Below, in pieces: positions 44,801 to 59,400 of a stretch of DNA of 64,000 bases (the first letter of the stretch is position 1; every line of letters begins with the position of its first letter). The notes below the pieces were generated by a model. That model was not told the DNA's origin. It did not search any database and was given only the letters and a program-made list of their open reading frames with translations. Made by a program: the position numbers and the translations under genes. This DNA is from the human T2T-CHM13v2.0 reference genome, Homo sapiens, in NCBI GenBank assembly GCA_009914755.4, contig CP086569.2, forward strand, positions 11,936,001-12,000,000. Direction: 5' to 3'.

Positions 44801-47800
44801 ATAATGGAGTAGAATGGAATGCATTGGAAAGGAGCAGAGTGGAATCGAGTGGATTGGAATCGAGTGGAATGGAATCAAAGGGAACGAAATCGAATTGAAT
44901 CGACTTGAATGGAATTGAGTCGAAAGGAATTGACTCGAAAGGAATGGACTGGAACAAAAAGGAATCAAATGGACAGGAATGGAATGGAAGGGACTCGAAT
45001 GGAATGGAGTCAAATGCAAACGCATCGAATGGAATGGAGTCAAATGCAAACGCATCGAATGGAATGGATTCAAATGGAATGCAATTGAATGGAATAGAAA
45101 GGAAGAGAATGGAATTGAGAGTAATGGAAAGATATCGATTGGAATGAAATGGAATGGAAAGGAATTGAATGGAAAGGAATGGACTCGAAAGAAATGGATT
45201 GGAATGGAATGGTCTCCAATGGAATGGACTGGAGTGGAATGGAATCGAATGGAAAGAAAAGAATGGAACGGAATGGAACGGAAAGGAATAGAATGTTATG
45301 GAATCCGATTGGACAGAATGGAATGGAATGCAGTTTCATGAAATGGAGTCGAATAGAGTGGCATCAAAAGGAATGGAATGGAGTGGACTCAAAAGGAATG
45401 GACTCGAAAGGAATGGAGTCGAACCAAATTGAATCAAAAGGATTGGAGTCGAACAGAATGGAATGGAATGGAATGAACTCGACTGGAGTAGAGAGGAATG
45501 AAAAGGAATAGAATGGATTGTAATCAAATGGATTGCAAGTGAATGGAATCAAAAATAATAGAAAGGAATGGAGTGTAAAGGGATGATATTGAATTAAATG
45601 GAAAGGAATGGAATTTAATGGAATGGAATAGAAGGAATGGACAGGAATGTAATGGACTCCTATGGAATAGAATGGATCAAAATGGATTTGAACAGATTGG
45701 AATCGAAAGGAATGGAATGCAATGAAATGGAATGGACTCGATCAGAACGGATTGGAGAGTAATGTACACAAATGGAATGGAAACGAAAGGAATGCAATGA
45801 AAAGGAATGGAATGCAATGGAATTGAAAGGAACGGAATCAAATGGAATGGAATGGAATGGAATGGATTGGAATAGAATGGATTCAAATAAAATAGAATCG
45901 ATTGCAATGGTATTGAATGGAAGGGACTTGAATGGAATGGAAAGGAATGGAAGATATTGGAATTGAATGGCATCGAATGAAATGGAATGGAACGGAATGG
46001 AACGGACCCGAAAGGTATGGAATGGACTCAAATGTAATGGACTCGAATGGAATCGACTGAAATATAATAGACTCGAAAGGAATGGCTTCGAGCGGAATTT
46101 ATTTGAATAGAATGGAATCAAATGGAATACAATAGTATAGAATGGAATCGAATGGAATGGAATCGAATGGAATGTAATCAAATGGAGTGGAACGGAATTC
46201 AATATAACGGAGTAGAATGGAATGCATTGGAAAGGAGCAGAGTGGAATCTAGTGTATTGGAATCGAGTGGAATGGAATCAAAGGGAACGAAATCGAATTG
46301 AATGGACTTGAATGGAATTGAGTCGAAAGGAATTGACTCAAAAGGAATGGACTGGAACAAAAAGGAATCAAATGGACAGGAATGGAATGGAATGGACTCG
46401 AATGGAATGGAGTCAAATGCAAACGCATCGAATGGAATGGATTCAAATGGAATGCAATTGAATGGAATAGAAAGGAAGAGAATGGAATTGAGAGTAATGG
46501 AAAGATATCGATTGGAATGAAATGGAATGGAAAGGAATTGAATGGAAAGGAATGGACTCGAAAGAAATGGATTGGAATGGAATGGTCTCCAATGGAATGG
46601 ACTGGAGTGGAATGGAATCGAATGGAAAGAAAAGAATGGAACGGAATGGAACGGAAAGGAATAGAATGTTATGGAATCCGATTGGACAGAATGGAATGGA
46701 ATGCAGTTTCATGAAATGGAGTCGAATAGAGTGGCATCAAAAGGAATGGAATGGAGTGGACTCAAAAGGAATGGACTCGAAAGGAATGGAGTCGAACCAA
46801 ATTGAATCAAATGGATTGGAGTCGAACAGAATGGAATGGAATGGAATGAACTCGACTGGAGTAGAGAGGAATGAAAAGGAATAGAATGGATTGTAATCAA
46901 ATGGATTGCAAGTGAATGGAATCAAAAATAATAGAAAGGAATGGAGTGTAAAGGGATGATATTGAATTAAATGGAATGGAATGGAATTTAATGGAATGGA
47001 GTCGAAGGAATGGACAGGAATGTAATGGACTCCAATGGAATGGAATGGATCAAAATGGATTTGAACAGATTGGAATCGAACGGAATGGAATGCAATGAAA
47101 TGGAATGGACTCGATCAGAACGGACAGGAGAGGAATGTACACAAATGGAATGGAAACCAATGGAATGGAATGAAATGGAATGGAATGCGATGGAATTGAA
47201 AGGAACGGAATCAAATGGAACGGAATGGAATGGAATGGAATGGATTGGAATAGAATGGATTCAAATAAAATAGAATCGATTGCAATGGTATTGAATGGAA
47301 GGGACTTGAATGGAATGGAAAGCAATGGAAGATATTGGAATCGAATGGCATCGAATGAAATGGAATGAAACGGAATGGAACGGACCCGAATGGAATGGAA
47401 TGGACTCAAATGTAATGGACTCGAATGGAATCGACTGAAATATAATAGACTCGAAAGGAATGGCCTCGAGCGGAATTTATTTGAATAGAATGGAATCAAA
47501 TGGAATACAATAGTATGGAATGGAATCGAATGGAATGGAATCGAATGGAATGTAATCAAATGGAATGGAACGGAATTCAATATAATGGAGTAGAATGGAA
47601 AGCATTGGAAAGGAGCAGAGTGGAATCGAGTGGATTGGAATCGAGTGGAATGGAATCAAAGGGAACGAAATCGAATTGAATGGACTTGAATGGAATTGAG
47701 TCGAAAGGAATTGACTCGAAAGGAATGGACTGGAACAAAAAGGAATCAAATGGACAGGAATGGAATGGAATGGACTCGAATGGAATGGAGTCAAATGCAA

Positions 47801-49900
47801 ACGCATCGAATGGAATGGATTCAAATGGAATGCAATTGAATGGAATAGAAAGGAAGAGAATGGAATTGAGAGTAATGGAAAGATATCGATTGGAATGAAA
47901 TGGAATGGAAAGGAATTGAATGGAAAGGAATGGACTCGAAAGAAATGGATTGGAATGGAATGGTCTCCAATGGAATGGACTGGAGTGGAATGCAATCGAA
48001 TGGAAAGAAAAGAATGGAACGGAATGGAACGGAAAGGAATAGAATGTTATGGAATCCGATTGGACAGAATGGAATGGAATGCAGTTTCATGAAATGGAGT
48101 CGAATAGAGTGGCATGAAAAGGAATGGAATGGAGTGGACTCAAAAGGAATGGACTCGAAAGGAATGGAGTCGAACCAAATTGAATCAAATGGATTGGAGT
48201 CGAACAGAATGGAATGGAATGGAATGAACTCGACTGCAGAAGAGAGGAATGAAAAGGAATAGAATGGAATGTAATCAAATGGATTGCAAGTGAATGGAAT
48301 AAAAAATAATAGAAAGGAATGGAGTGTAAAGGGATGATATTGAATTAAATGGAATGGAATGGAATTTAATGGAATGGAGTTGAAGGAATGGACAGGAATG
48401 TAATGGACTCCTATGGAATGGAATGGATCAAAATGGATTTGAACAGATTGGAATCGAACGGAATGGAATGCAATGAAATGGAATGGACTCGATCAGAACG
48501 GACTGGAGAGTAATGTACACAAATGGAATGGAAACGAAAGGAATGCAATGAAAAGGAATGGAATGCAATGGAATTGAAAGGAACGGAATCAAATGGAATG
48601 GAATGGAATGGAATGATTGGAATAGAATGGATTCAAATAAAATAGAATCGATTGCAATGGTATTGAATGGAAGGGTCTTGAATGGAATGGAAAGCAATGG
48701 AAGATATTGGAATCGAATGGCATCGAATGAAATTGAATGGAACGGAATGGAACGGACCCGAATGGTATGGAATGGACTCAAATGTAATGGAATCGAATGG
48801 AATCGACTGAAATATAATAGACTCGAAAGGAATGTCCTCGAGCGGAATTTATTTGAATAGATTTGAATCAAATGGAATACAATAGTATGGAATGGAATCG
48901 AATGGAATGGAATCGAATGGAATGTAATCAAATGGAATGGAACGGAATTCAATATAATGGAGTAGAATGGAATGCATTGGAAAGGAGCAGAGTGGAATCG
49001 AGTGGATTGGAATCGAGTGGAATGGAATCAAAGGGAATGAATTCGAATTGAATGGACCTGAATGGAATTGAGTCGAAAGGAATTGACTCGAAAGGAATGG
49101 ACTGGAACAAAAAGGAATCAAATGGACAGGAATGGAATGGAATGGACTCGAATGGAATGGAGTCAAATGCAAACGCATCGAATGGAATGGATTCAAATGG
49201 AATGCAATTGAATGGAATAGAAAGTAAGAGAATGGAATTGAGAGTAATGGAAAGATATCGATTGGAATGAAATGGAATGGAAAGGAATTGAATGGAAAGG
49301 AAAGGACTCGAAAGAAATGGGTTGGAATGGAATGGTCTCCAACGGAATGGACTGGAGTGGAATGGAATCGAATGGAATGAAAAGAATGGAACGGAATGGA
49401 ACGGTAAGGAATAGAATGTTATGGAATCCGATTTTACAGAATGGAATGGAATGCAGTTTCATGAAATGGAGTCGAATAGAGTGGCATGAAAAGGAATGGA
49501 ATGGAGTGGACTCAAAAGGAATGGACTCGAAAGGAATGGAGTCGAACCAAATTGAATCAAATGGATTGGAGTCGAACAGAATGGAATGGAATGGAATGAA
49601 CTCGACTGGAGTAGAGAGGAATGAAAAGGAATAGAATGGAATGTAATCAAATGGATTGCAAGTGAATGGAATCAAAAATAATAGAAAGGAATGGAGTGTA
49701 AAGGGATGATATTGAATTAAATGGAATGGAATGGAATTTAATGGAATGGAGTCGAAGGAATGGACAGGAATGTAATGGACTCCAATGGAATGGAATGGAT
49801 CAAAATGGATTTGAACAGATTGGAATCGAACGGAATGGAATGCAATGAAATGGAATGGACTCGATCAGAACGGACTGGAGAGGAATGTACACAAATGGAA
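38900..49900. repeat. Two copies of a 5512-bp super-repeat, made of four 1.37-kb units with periods 1358+1403+1378+1373. The second copy diverges after about 48.4 kb.
   Basis: Exact recurrences at +5512: 39467..39829 = 44979..45341 (120 aa, contains the 30-bp duplication); 39852..40040 and 45364..45552; 40148..40690 and 45660..46202 (variant MNSVPLHL unit); 41225..41413 and 46737..46925; 41498..41761 and 47010..47273; 41965..42483 = 47477..47995; 42575..42766 and 48087..48278. Confidence 0.7.
39491..39550. repeat. 30-bp tandem duplication (aatggagtcaaatgcaaacgcatcgaatgg x2) inside a 1.37-kb unit. The same duplication recurs at 45003-45062.
   Basis: The repeat can be read directly in the sequence. 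It yields the doubled peptide WNGVKCKRIEWNGVKCKRIE in ORFs 39467..39829 and 44979..45341. Other units carry one copy, for example 38094..38426. Confidence 0.85.
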
Positions 49901-52900
49901 TGGAAACTAAAGGAATGGAATGAAATGGAATGGAATGCAATGGAATTGAAAGGAACGGAATCAAATGGAATGGAATGGAATGGAATGGATTGGAATAGAA
50001 TGGATTCAAATAAAATAGAATCGATTGCAATGGTATTGAATGGAAGGGACTTGAATGGAATGGAAAGCATTGGAAGATATTGGAATCGAATGGCATCGAA
50101 TGAAATGGAATGGAACGGAATGGAACGGACCCGAATGGAATGGAATGGACTCAAATGTAATGGACTCGAATGGAATCGACTGAAATATAATAGACTCGAA
50201 AGGAATGGCCTCGAGCGGAATTTATTTGAATAGAATGGAATGAAATGGAATACAATAGTATGGAATGGAATCGAATGGAATGGAATCGAATGGAATGTAA
50301 TCAAATGGAATGGAACGGAATTCAATATAATGGAGTAGAATGGAATGCATTGGAAAGGAGCAGAGTGGAATCGAGTGGATTGGAATCGAGTGGAATGGAA
50401 TCAAAGGGAACGAAATCGAATTCAATGGACTTGAATGGAATTGAGTCGAAAGGAATTGACTCGAAAGGAATGGACTGGAACAAAAAGGAATCAAATGGAC
50501 AGGAATGGAATGGAATGGACTCGAATGGAATGGAGTCAAATGCAAACGCATCGAATGGAATGGATTCAAATGGAATGCAATTGAATGGAATAGAAAGGAA
50601 GAGAATGGAATTGAGAGTAATGGAAAGATATCGATTGGAATGAAATGGAATGGAAAGGAATTGAATGGAAAGGAATGGACTCGAAAGAAATGGATTGGAA
50701 TGGAATGGTCTCCAATGGAATGGACTGGAGTGGAATGCAATCGAATGGAAAGAAAAGAATGGAACGGAATGGAACGGAAAGGAATAGAATGTTATGGAAT
50801 CCGATTGAACAGAATGGAATGGAATGCAGTTTCATGAAATGGAGTCGAATATAGTGGCATCAAAAGGAATGGAATGGAGTGGACTCAAAAGGAATGGACT
50901 CGAAAGGAATGGAGTCGAACCAAATTGAATCAAATGGATTGGAGTCGAACAGAATGGAATGGAATGGAATGAACTCGACTGGAGTAGAGAGGAATGAAAA
51001 GGAATAGAATGGAATGTAATCAAATGGATTGCAAGTGAATGGAATCAAAAATAATAGAAAGGAATGGAGTGTAAAGGGATGATATTGAATTAAATGGAAT
51101 GGAATGGAATTTAATGGAATGGAGTCGAAGGAATGGACAGGAATGTAATGGACTCCAATGGAATGGAATGGATCAAAATGGATTTGAACAGACTGGAATC
51201 GAACGGAATGGAATGCAATGAAATGGAACGGACTCGATCAGAACGGACTGGAGAGGAATGTACACAAATGGAATGGAAACGAAAGGAATGGAATGAAATG
51301 GAATGGAATGCAATGGAATTGAAAGGAACGGAATCAAATGGAATGGAATGGAATGGAATGGAATGGATTGGAATAGAATGGATTCAAATAAAATAGAATC
51401 GATTACAATGGTATTGAATGGAAGGGACTTGAATGGAATGGACAGCAATGGAAGATATTGGAATCGAATGGCATCGAATGAAATGGAATGGAACGGAATG
51501 GAACGGACTGGAATGGAATGGAATGGACTCAAATGTAATGGACTCGAATGGAATCGACTGAAATATAATAGACTCGAAAGGAATGGCCTCGAGCGGAATT
51601 TATTTGAATAGAATGGACTCAAATGGAATACAATAGTATGGAATGGAATCGAATGGAATGGAATCGAATGGAATGTAATCAAATGGAATGGAACGGAATT
51701 CAATATAATGGAGTAGAATGGAATGCATTGGAAAGGAGAAGAGTGGAATCGAGTGGATTGGAATCGAGTGGAATGGAATCAAAGGGAATGAAATCGAATT
51801 CAATGGACTTGAATGGAATTGAGTCAAAAGGAATTGACTCGAAAGGAATGGACTGGAACAAAAAGGAATCAAATGGACAGGAATGGAATGGAATGGACTC
51901 GAATGGAATGGAGTCAAATGCAAACGCATCGAATGGAATGGATTCAAATGGAATGCAATTGAATGGAATAGAAAGGAAGAGAATGGAATTGAGAGTAATG
52001 GAAAGATATCGATTGGAATGAAATGGAATGGAAAGGAATTGAATGGAAAGGAAAGGACTCGAAAGAAATGGGTTGGAATGGAATGGTCTCCAACGGAATG
52101 GACTGGAGTGGAATGGAATCGAATGGAATGAAAAGAATGGAACGGAATGGAACGGTAAGGAATAGAATGTTATGGAATCCGATTGGACAGAATGGAATGG
52201 AATGCAGTTTCATGAAATGGAGTCGAATAGAGTGGCATCAAAAGGAATGGAATGGAGTGGACTCAAAAGGAATGGACTCGAAAGGAATGGAGTCGAACCA
52301 AATTGAATCAAATGGATTGGAGTCGAACAGAATGGAATGGAATGGAATGAACTCGACTGGAGTAGAGAGGAATGAAAAGGAATAGAATGGAATGTAATCA
52401 AATGGATTGCAAGTGAATGGAATCAAAAATAATAGAAAGGAATGGAGTGTAAAGGGATGATATTGAATTAAATGGAATGGAATGGAATTTAATGGAATGG
52501 AGTAAAAGGAATGGACAGGAATGTAATGGACTCCTATGGAATAGAATGGATCAAAATGGATTTGAACAGATTGGAATCGAAAGGAATGGAATGCAATGAA
52601 ATGGAATGGACTCGATCAGAACGGATTGGAGAGTAATGTACACAAATGGAATGGAAACGAAAGGAATGCAATGAAAAGGAATGGAATGCAATGGAATTGA
52701 AAGGAACGGAATCAAATGGAATGGAATGGAATGGAATGGATTGGAATAGAATGGATTCAAATAAAATAGAATCGATTGCAATGGTATTGAATGGAAGGGA
52801 CTTGAATGGAATGGAAAGGAATGGAAGATATTGGAATTGAATGGCATCGAATGAAATGGAATGGAACGGAATGGAACGGACCCGAAAGGTATGGAATGGA

Positions 52901-55900
52901 ATCAAATGTAATGGACTCGAATGGAATCGACTGAAATATAATAGACTCGAAAGGAATGGCCTCGAGCGGAATTTATTTGAATAGAATGGAATCAAATGGA
53001 ATACAATAGTATAGAATGGAATCGAATGGAATGTAATCAAATGGAATGGAACGGAATTCAATATAATCGAGTAGAATGGAATGCATTGGAAAGGAGCAGA
53101 GTGGAATCGAGTGGATTGGAATCGAGTGGAATGGAATCAAAGGGAACGAAATCGAATTGAATGGACTTGAATGGAATTGAGTCGAAAGGAATTGACTCGA
53201 AAGGAATGGACTGGAACAAAAAGGAATCAAATGGACAGGAATGGAATGGAATGGACTCGAACGGAATGGAGTCAAATGCAAACGCATCGAATGGAATGGA
53301 TTCAAATGGAATGCAATTGAATGGAATAGAAAGGAAGAGAATGGAATTGAGAGTAATGGAAAGATATCGATTGGAATGAAATGGAATGGAAAGGAATTGA
53401 ATGGAAAGGAATGGACTCGAAAGAAATGGATTGGAATGGAATGGTCTCCAATGGAATGGACTGGAGTGGAATGCAATCGAATGGATAGAAAAGAATGGAA
53501 CGGAATGGAACGGAAAGGAATAGAATGTTATGGAATCCGATTGAACAGAATGGAATGGAATGCAGTTTCATGAAATGGAGTCGAATATAGTGGCATCAAA
53601 AGGAATGGAATGGAGTGGACTCAAAAGGAATGGACTCGAAAGGAATGGAGTCGAACCAAATTGAATCAAATGGATTGGAGTTGAACAGAATGGAATGGAA
53701 TGGAATGAACTCGACTGGAGTAGAGAGGAATGAAAAGGAATAGAATGGAATGTAATCAAATGGATTGCAAGTGAATGGAATCAAAAATAATAGAAAGGAA
53801 TGGAGTGTAAAGGGATGATATTGAATTAAATGGAATGGAATGGAATTTAATGGAATGGAGTCGAAGGAATGGACAGGAATGTAATGGACTCCAATGGAAT
53901 GGAATGGATCAAAATGGATTTGAACAGATTGGAATCGAACGGAATGGAATGCAATGAAATGGAATGGACTCGATCAGAACGGACTGGAGAGGAATGTACA
54001 CAAATGGAATGGAAACGAAAGGAATGGAATGAAATGGAATGGAATGCAATGGAATTGAAAGGAACGGAATCAAATGGAATGGAATGGAATGGAATGGATT
54101 GGAATAGAATGGATTCAAATAAAATAGAATCGATTGCAATGGTATTGAATGGAAGGGACTTGAATGGAATGGAAAGCAATGGAAGATATTGGAATCGAAT
54201 GGCATCGAATGAAATGGAATGGAACGGAATGGAACGGACTGGAATGGAATGTAATGGACTCAAATGTAATGGACTCGAATGGAATCGACTGAAATATAAT
54301 AGACTCGAAAGGAATGGCCTCGAGCGGAATTTATTTGAATAGAATGGAATCAAATGGAATACAATAGTATGGAATGGAATCGAATGGAATGGAATCGAAT
54401 GGAATGTAATCAAATGGAATGGAACGGAATTCAATATAATGGAGTAGAATGGAATGCATTGGAAAGGAGCAGAGTGGAATCGAGTGGATTGGAAACGAGT
54501 GGAATGGAATCAAAGGGAACGAAATCGAATTGAATGGACTTGAATGGAATTGAGACGAAAGGAATTGACTCGAAAGGAATGGACTGGAACAAAGAGGAAT
54601 CAAATGGACAGGAATGGAATGGAATGGACTCGAATGGAATGGAGTCAAATGCAAACGCATCGAATGGAATGGATTCAAATGGAATGCAATTGAATGGAAT
54701 ATAAAGTAAGAGAATGGAATTGAGAGTAATGGAAAGATATCGATTGGAATGAAATGGAATGGAAAGGAATTGAATGGAAAGGAATGGACTCGAAAGAAAT
54801 GGGTTGGAATGGAATGGTCTCCAATGGAATGGACTGGAGTGGAATGGAATCGAATGGAATGAAAAGAATGGAACGGAATGGAACGGAAAGGAATAGAATG
54901 TTATGGAATCCGATTGGACAGAATGGAATGGAATGCAGTTTCATGAAATGGAGTCAAATAGAGTGGCATCAAAAGGAATGGTACGGAGTGGACTCAAGAG
55001 GAATGGACTCGAAAGGAATGGAGTCGAACCAAATTGAATCAAATGGATTGGAGTCGAACAGAATGGAATGGAATGGAATGAACTCGACTGGAGAAGAGAG
55101 GAATGAAAAGGAATAGAATGGAATGTAATCAAATGGATTGCAAGTGAATGGAATCAAAAATAATAGAAAGGAATGGAGTGTAAAAGGACGATATTTAATT
55201 ATATGGAAAAAATGGAATTTAATGGAATGGAGTCGAAGGAATGGACATGAATGTAATGGACTCCAATGGAATGGAGTGGATCAAAATGGACTTGAACAGA
55301 TTGGAATTGAACGGAATGGAATGCAATGTAATAGAATGGACTCGATCAGAACGGACTGGAGAGGAATGTACACAAATGGGATGGAAACGAATGGAATGGA
55401 ATGAAATGGAATGGAATGCAATGGAATTGAAAGGAACGGAATCAAATGGAAGGGAATGGAATGGAATGGAATGGAATGGATTGGAATAGAATGGATTCAA
55501 ATAAAATAGAATCGATTGCAATGGTATTGAATGGAAGGGACTTGAATGGAATGGAAAGCAATGGAAGATATTGGAATCGAATGGCATCGAATGAAATGGA
55601 ATGGAACGGAATGGAACGGACACGAATGGAATGGAATGGACTCAAATGTAATGGACTCGAATGGAATCGACTGAAATATAATAGACTCGAAAGGAATGGC
55701 CTCGAGCGGAATTTATTTGAATAGAATGGAATCAAATGGAATACAATAGTATGGAATGGAATCGAATGGAATGGAATCGAATGGAATGTAATCAAATGGA
55801 ATGGAACGTAATTCAATATAATGGAGTAGAATGGAATGCATTGGAAAGGAGCAGAGTGGAATCGAGTGGATTGGAATCGAGTGGAATGGAATCAAAGGGA

Positions 55901-56499
55901 ACGAAATCGAATTGAATGGACTTGAATGGAATTGAGTCGAAAGGAATTGACTCAAAAGGAATGGACTGGAATAAAAAGGAATCAAATGGACAGGAATGGA
56001 ATGGAATGGACTCGAATGGAATGGAGTCAAATGCAAACGCATCGAATGGAATGGATTCAAATGGAATGCAATTGAATGGAATAGAAAGGAAGAGAATGGA
56101 ATTGAGAGTAATGGAAAGATATCGATTGGAATGAAATGGAATGGAAAGGAATTGAATGGAAAGGAATGGACTCGAAAGAAATGGATTGGAATGGAATGGT
56201 CTCCCATAGAATGGACTGGAGTGGAATGGAATCAAATGGAAAGAGAAGAATGGAACGGAATGGAACGGAAAGGAATAGAATGTTATGGAATCCGATTGGA
56301 CAGAGTGGAATGGAATGCAGTTTCATGAAATGGAGTCGAATAGAGTGGCATCAAAAGGAATGGAAGGGAGTGGACTCAAAAGGAATGGACTCGAAAGGAA
56401 TGGAGTCGAACCAAATTGAATCAAATAGATTGGAGTCGAACAGAATTGAATGGAATGGAATGAACTCGACTGGAGTAGACAGGAATGTAAAGGAATAGA

Positions 56500-59400
56500 A
56501 TGGAATGTAATCAAATGGATTGCAAGTGAATGGAATCAAAACTAATAGAAAGGAATGGAGTGTAAATGGATGATATGGAATAAAATGGAATGGAATGGAA
56601 TTTAATTTAACGGAGTCGAAGGAATGGACAGGATTGTAATGGACTCCAATGGAATGGAATGGATCAAAATGGATTTGAACAGATTGGAATCGAACGGAAT
56701 GGAATGCAATGGAATGGAATGGACTCGAATGGAGAAGAGACAAATGGAATGGAAACGAATTCAATGGAATTGCAAAGAATAGAATGGAATGGCCTGTAAT
56801 GGTAAGATACTAAATGGAATGGAATTGAATGGAATGTAGTGGAATGGACCCAAAGGTAATGCACTCGAATGGAATATACTCAAACAGAATGGAATTGAAA
56901 GGAAAGGTCTCAAATGGAATTTATTCAATACAATGTAATCGAATGGAATGCAATATAATGGAAAGGAATCGAATGTAATGGAATCAAACAGAATATACCA
57001 GAATGGAATAGACTGCCATAGAACGGACTGCAGTGTAATGGATTGAATACTAATTCATTCAAATGGAATGGAATTGAATGGAATGGAATCCAATGGAATG
57101 GATAGGATTGTACTGGAATGGAATAGCATGGAATGCAACGGAGTGGAATGGAGTTGAATGAAGTGGAATGGAATCGATTGGAATGGAATCAAATGGAATG
57201 GACAGGAATGGAATGGACTGGAAGAGAACAGACTCGAATATAATGGATTGCAATGTAATTGATTCAAATGGAATGGAATCGAATGGAATGTAATAAAATT
57301 GAAGGGATTGGAGTTCAATGCAATGGAATAGAATGGAATGCAAAGGAAAGGAAAGGCACGGAGTGAAATCGAGTGTAATGGAATCGAATGGAATGAAATC
57401 GAATGGAATGGACTCAAAAGAAATGGACGAGGGACAAAACGGAATCGAACTGACTGGAATGGAATGGAATGGAATGGAATGGAATGGTCTCCATTGGATG
57501 GGAGTAGAACGGATTGGAATGAAATGGAATGGAAAGGAATAGAATGGAATAGAAAGGAATGGAAGGTAACGGAAAGATATCGAACGGATTGGAAAGGAAT
57601 GGAATGGACGCTAATGGAATGGAATGGAATTCAACAGAAACGAATGGAATGGACTGGAGTGAAATGGAGTCGAATGTAATTGACTGGAGAGGAATGGACT
57701 CGAAAGGAATGGACTCGAATAGAATGGACTGGAATGGATTGTACTCGAATGGAGTGGAAAGGAATACAATGGATTCCACCAGATTGGAATGGAACAGAAT
57801 GTAATGGAATGGAAAGGAATGCAATGGAATGGCTCGAATGGAATGGAGTCGAATGCAATGGAAGAGAAAGGAAAGGAATTGGATGGCATTGAAAGTAATA
57901 GAATTAAATGGAGTGCAAAGTTAAGATATCGAATGGAATGGATCGAAAAGAAATAGAACGGAATGGACATGAATGGAATGGAATAGAATGGAATAGACTG
58001 GCGTGCAATGAAAACGAATGGAATGGAAACGAATGGAATGGAATGGAAAGGAATGGAGTAGAATAAATACTATGGAATGGAATGGAATGGAATGGAATGG
58101 AATGGAGGCGAAAGGAAAAGAATGGATTGGAAGGTCACCGAATGGAAAGATATGGAATGGAAAGGAATGGATACGAATGGAATGGAATAGAAAGGAACGG
58201 AAAGGTAAAGAATGGAATGGAATCGGACAGAATGGAATGCAATGTAATGGAGTCGAATGGAAAATAATCGAGTAGAATGATATCGAATGGAATGGAATTT
58301 AATGGAACGGAATGGAATGGAATGGACTCGAATGGCATGTACTCAAATGGATTAGAATAGAATGGAATGGAACTAAACGTAATGAACTCGAATGGAATGG
58401 ACACAAATAGAATGGAAGAGAAAGAAATGGTATTGAATGGAATTTATTCGAATAGAATGGAATTCAATGGAATGCAACAGTGTGGCATGGAATCAAATGG
58501 AATGGAATCGAATGGAATGGACCCGAGTAGAATGGACTCACATAGAACAGCCTCGAATGTAATGGATTACAATGTATTAGATTCGAAAGGACTGAAATCG
58601 AATGGAATGTAATCAAATAGAACGGAATTGAATGCATGGAATGGCATAGAAAGTAATGCAATGGAATGGAATAGACTGGAATGGAATGGAATCGGATGGA
58701 ATGTAATGAAATGTAATGGAAGGAATGCTATGGAATGGAATGGAATGGAATACAATGGGACGGTGTATAATGGAGTGCAATGGATTTCAGTGGAATGTAG
58801 TCAAAAGGAATGAAATAGAATGGAATTCAATATAATGGAATGGCATCCAATGGCAAGGAATGGAGCGGACTCCAATGGAAACGACATGAAAGGAATATAA
58901 TAAAATGGAATGGCATTGAACGAAATGGAATGCAATGGAGTTAAAAGGTAAAATATCGAATGGAAAAGAATTGAATGGACTCGAAAGGAATATAATGGAA
59001 TGGAATGGACTCGAATGGAATGTACTAGAGTTGAATGGAATCGAATGGAATGGAAAACAATGGAAAGGAAAGGAAGGGAATTGAAAGGAAAGGAATAGAA
59101 TGGAATGGAATCGGATGGAACGGAATTGAATGGAATGGAAACTAAAGGAATAGAATAGAAGGAATCGCATTGAATGGAATGGAATAGAATGGAATCAGAT
59201 GGAACAGAAAGGAATGGAATAGAATCGAATGGAATGGCATCGAATGGATTGGAATGGAATCTAATGGAATGGAATGGAAAGGAATGGAATGGACTCAAAT
59301 GGAATGTACTCAAATGGAATAGAATAGAATGGAATGGAAGTAAATATAATGGACTCGAGAGGAATGGATTGGAATAAATTGGAATTGAATGTATTGGATT

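Larger units (their letters stand above)
25110..56500. repeat. Array of about 23 tandem ~1.37-kb HSat3 sub-HOR units. Observed periods are 1358, 1368, 1372, 1373, 1378, 1382 and 1403 bp.
   Basis: The recurring 195-aa pseudo-ORF (MNSVPFHLITFHSIPFHSIPF...) ends on the - strand at 29682, 31055, 32428, 33801, 35173, 36546, 39287, 43441, 44799, 50325 and 54434. Its variants end at 40690, 42068, 46202, 47580, 48952, 51703 and 53061. The unit equals HOR positions about 1602 to 2972 joined head to tail. Confidence 0.85.

Noticed and set aside
24000-57000. A CRISPR-like array or a regular repeat-spacer structure, suggested by the very regular 1.37-kb periodicity.
   Set aside because: There are no unique spacers. 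The entire period is itself GGAAT-based satellite and is homologous to the 5.5-kb HOR. The sequence context is eukaryotic heterochromatin.
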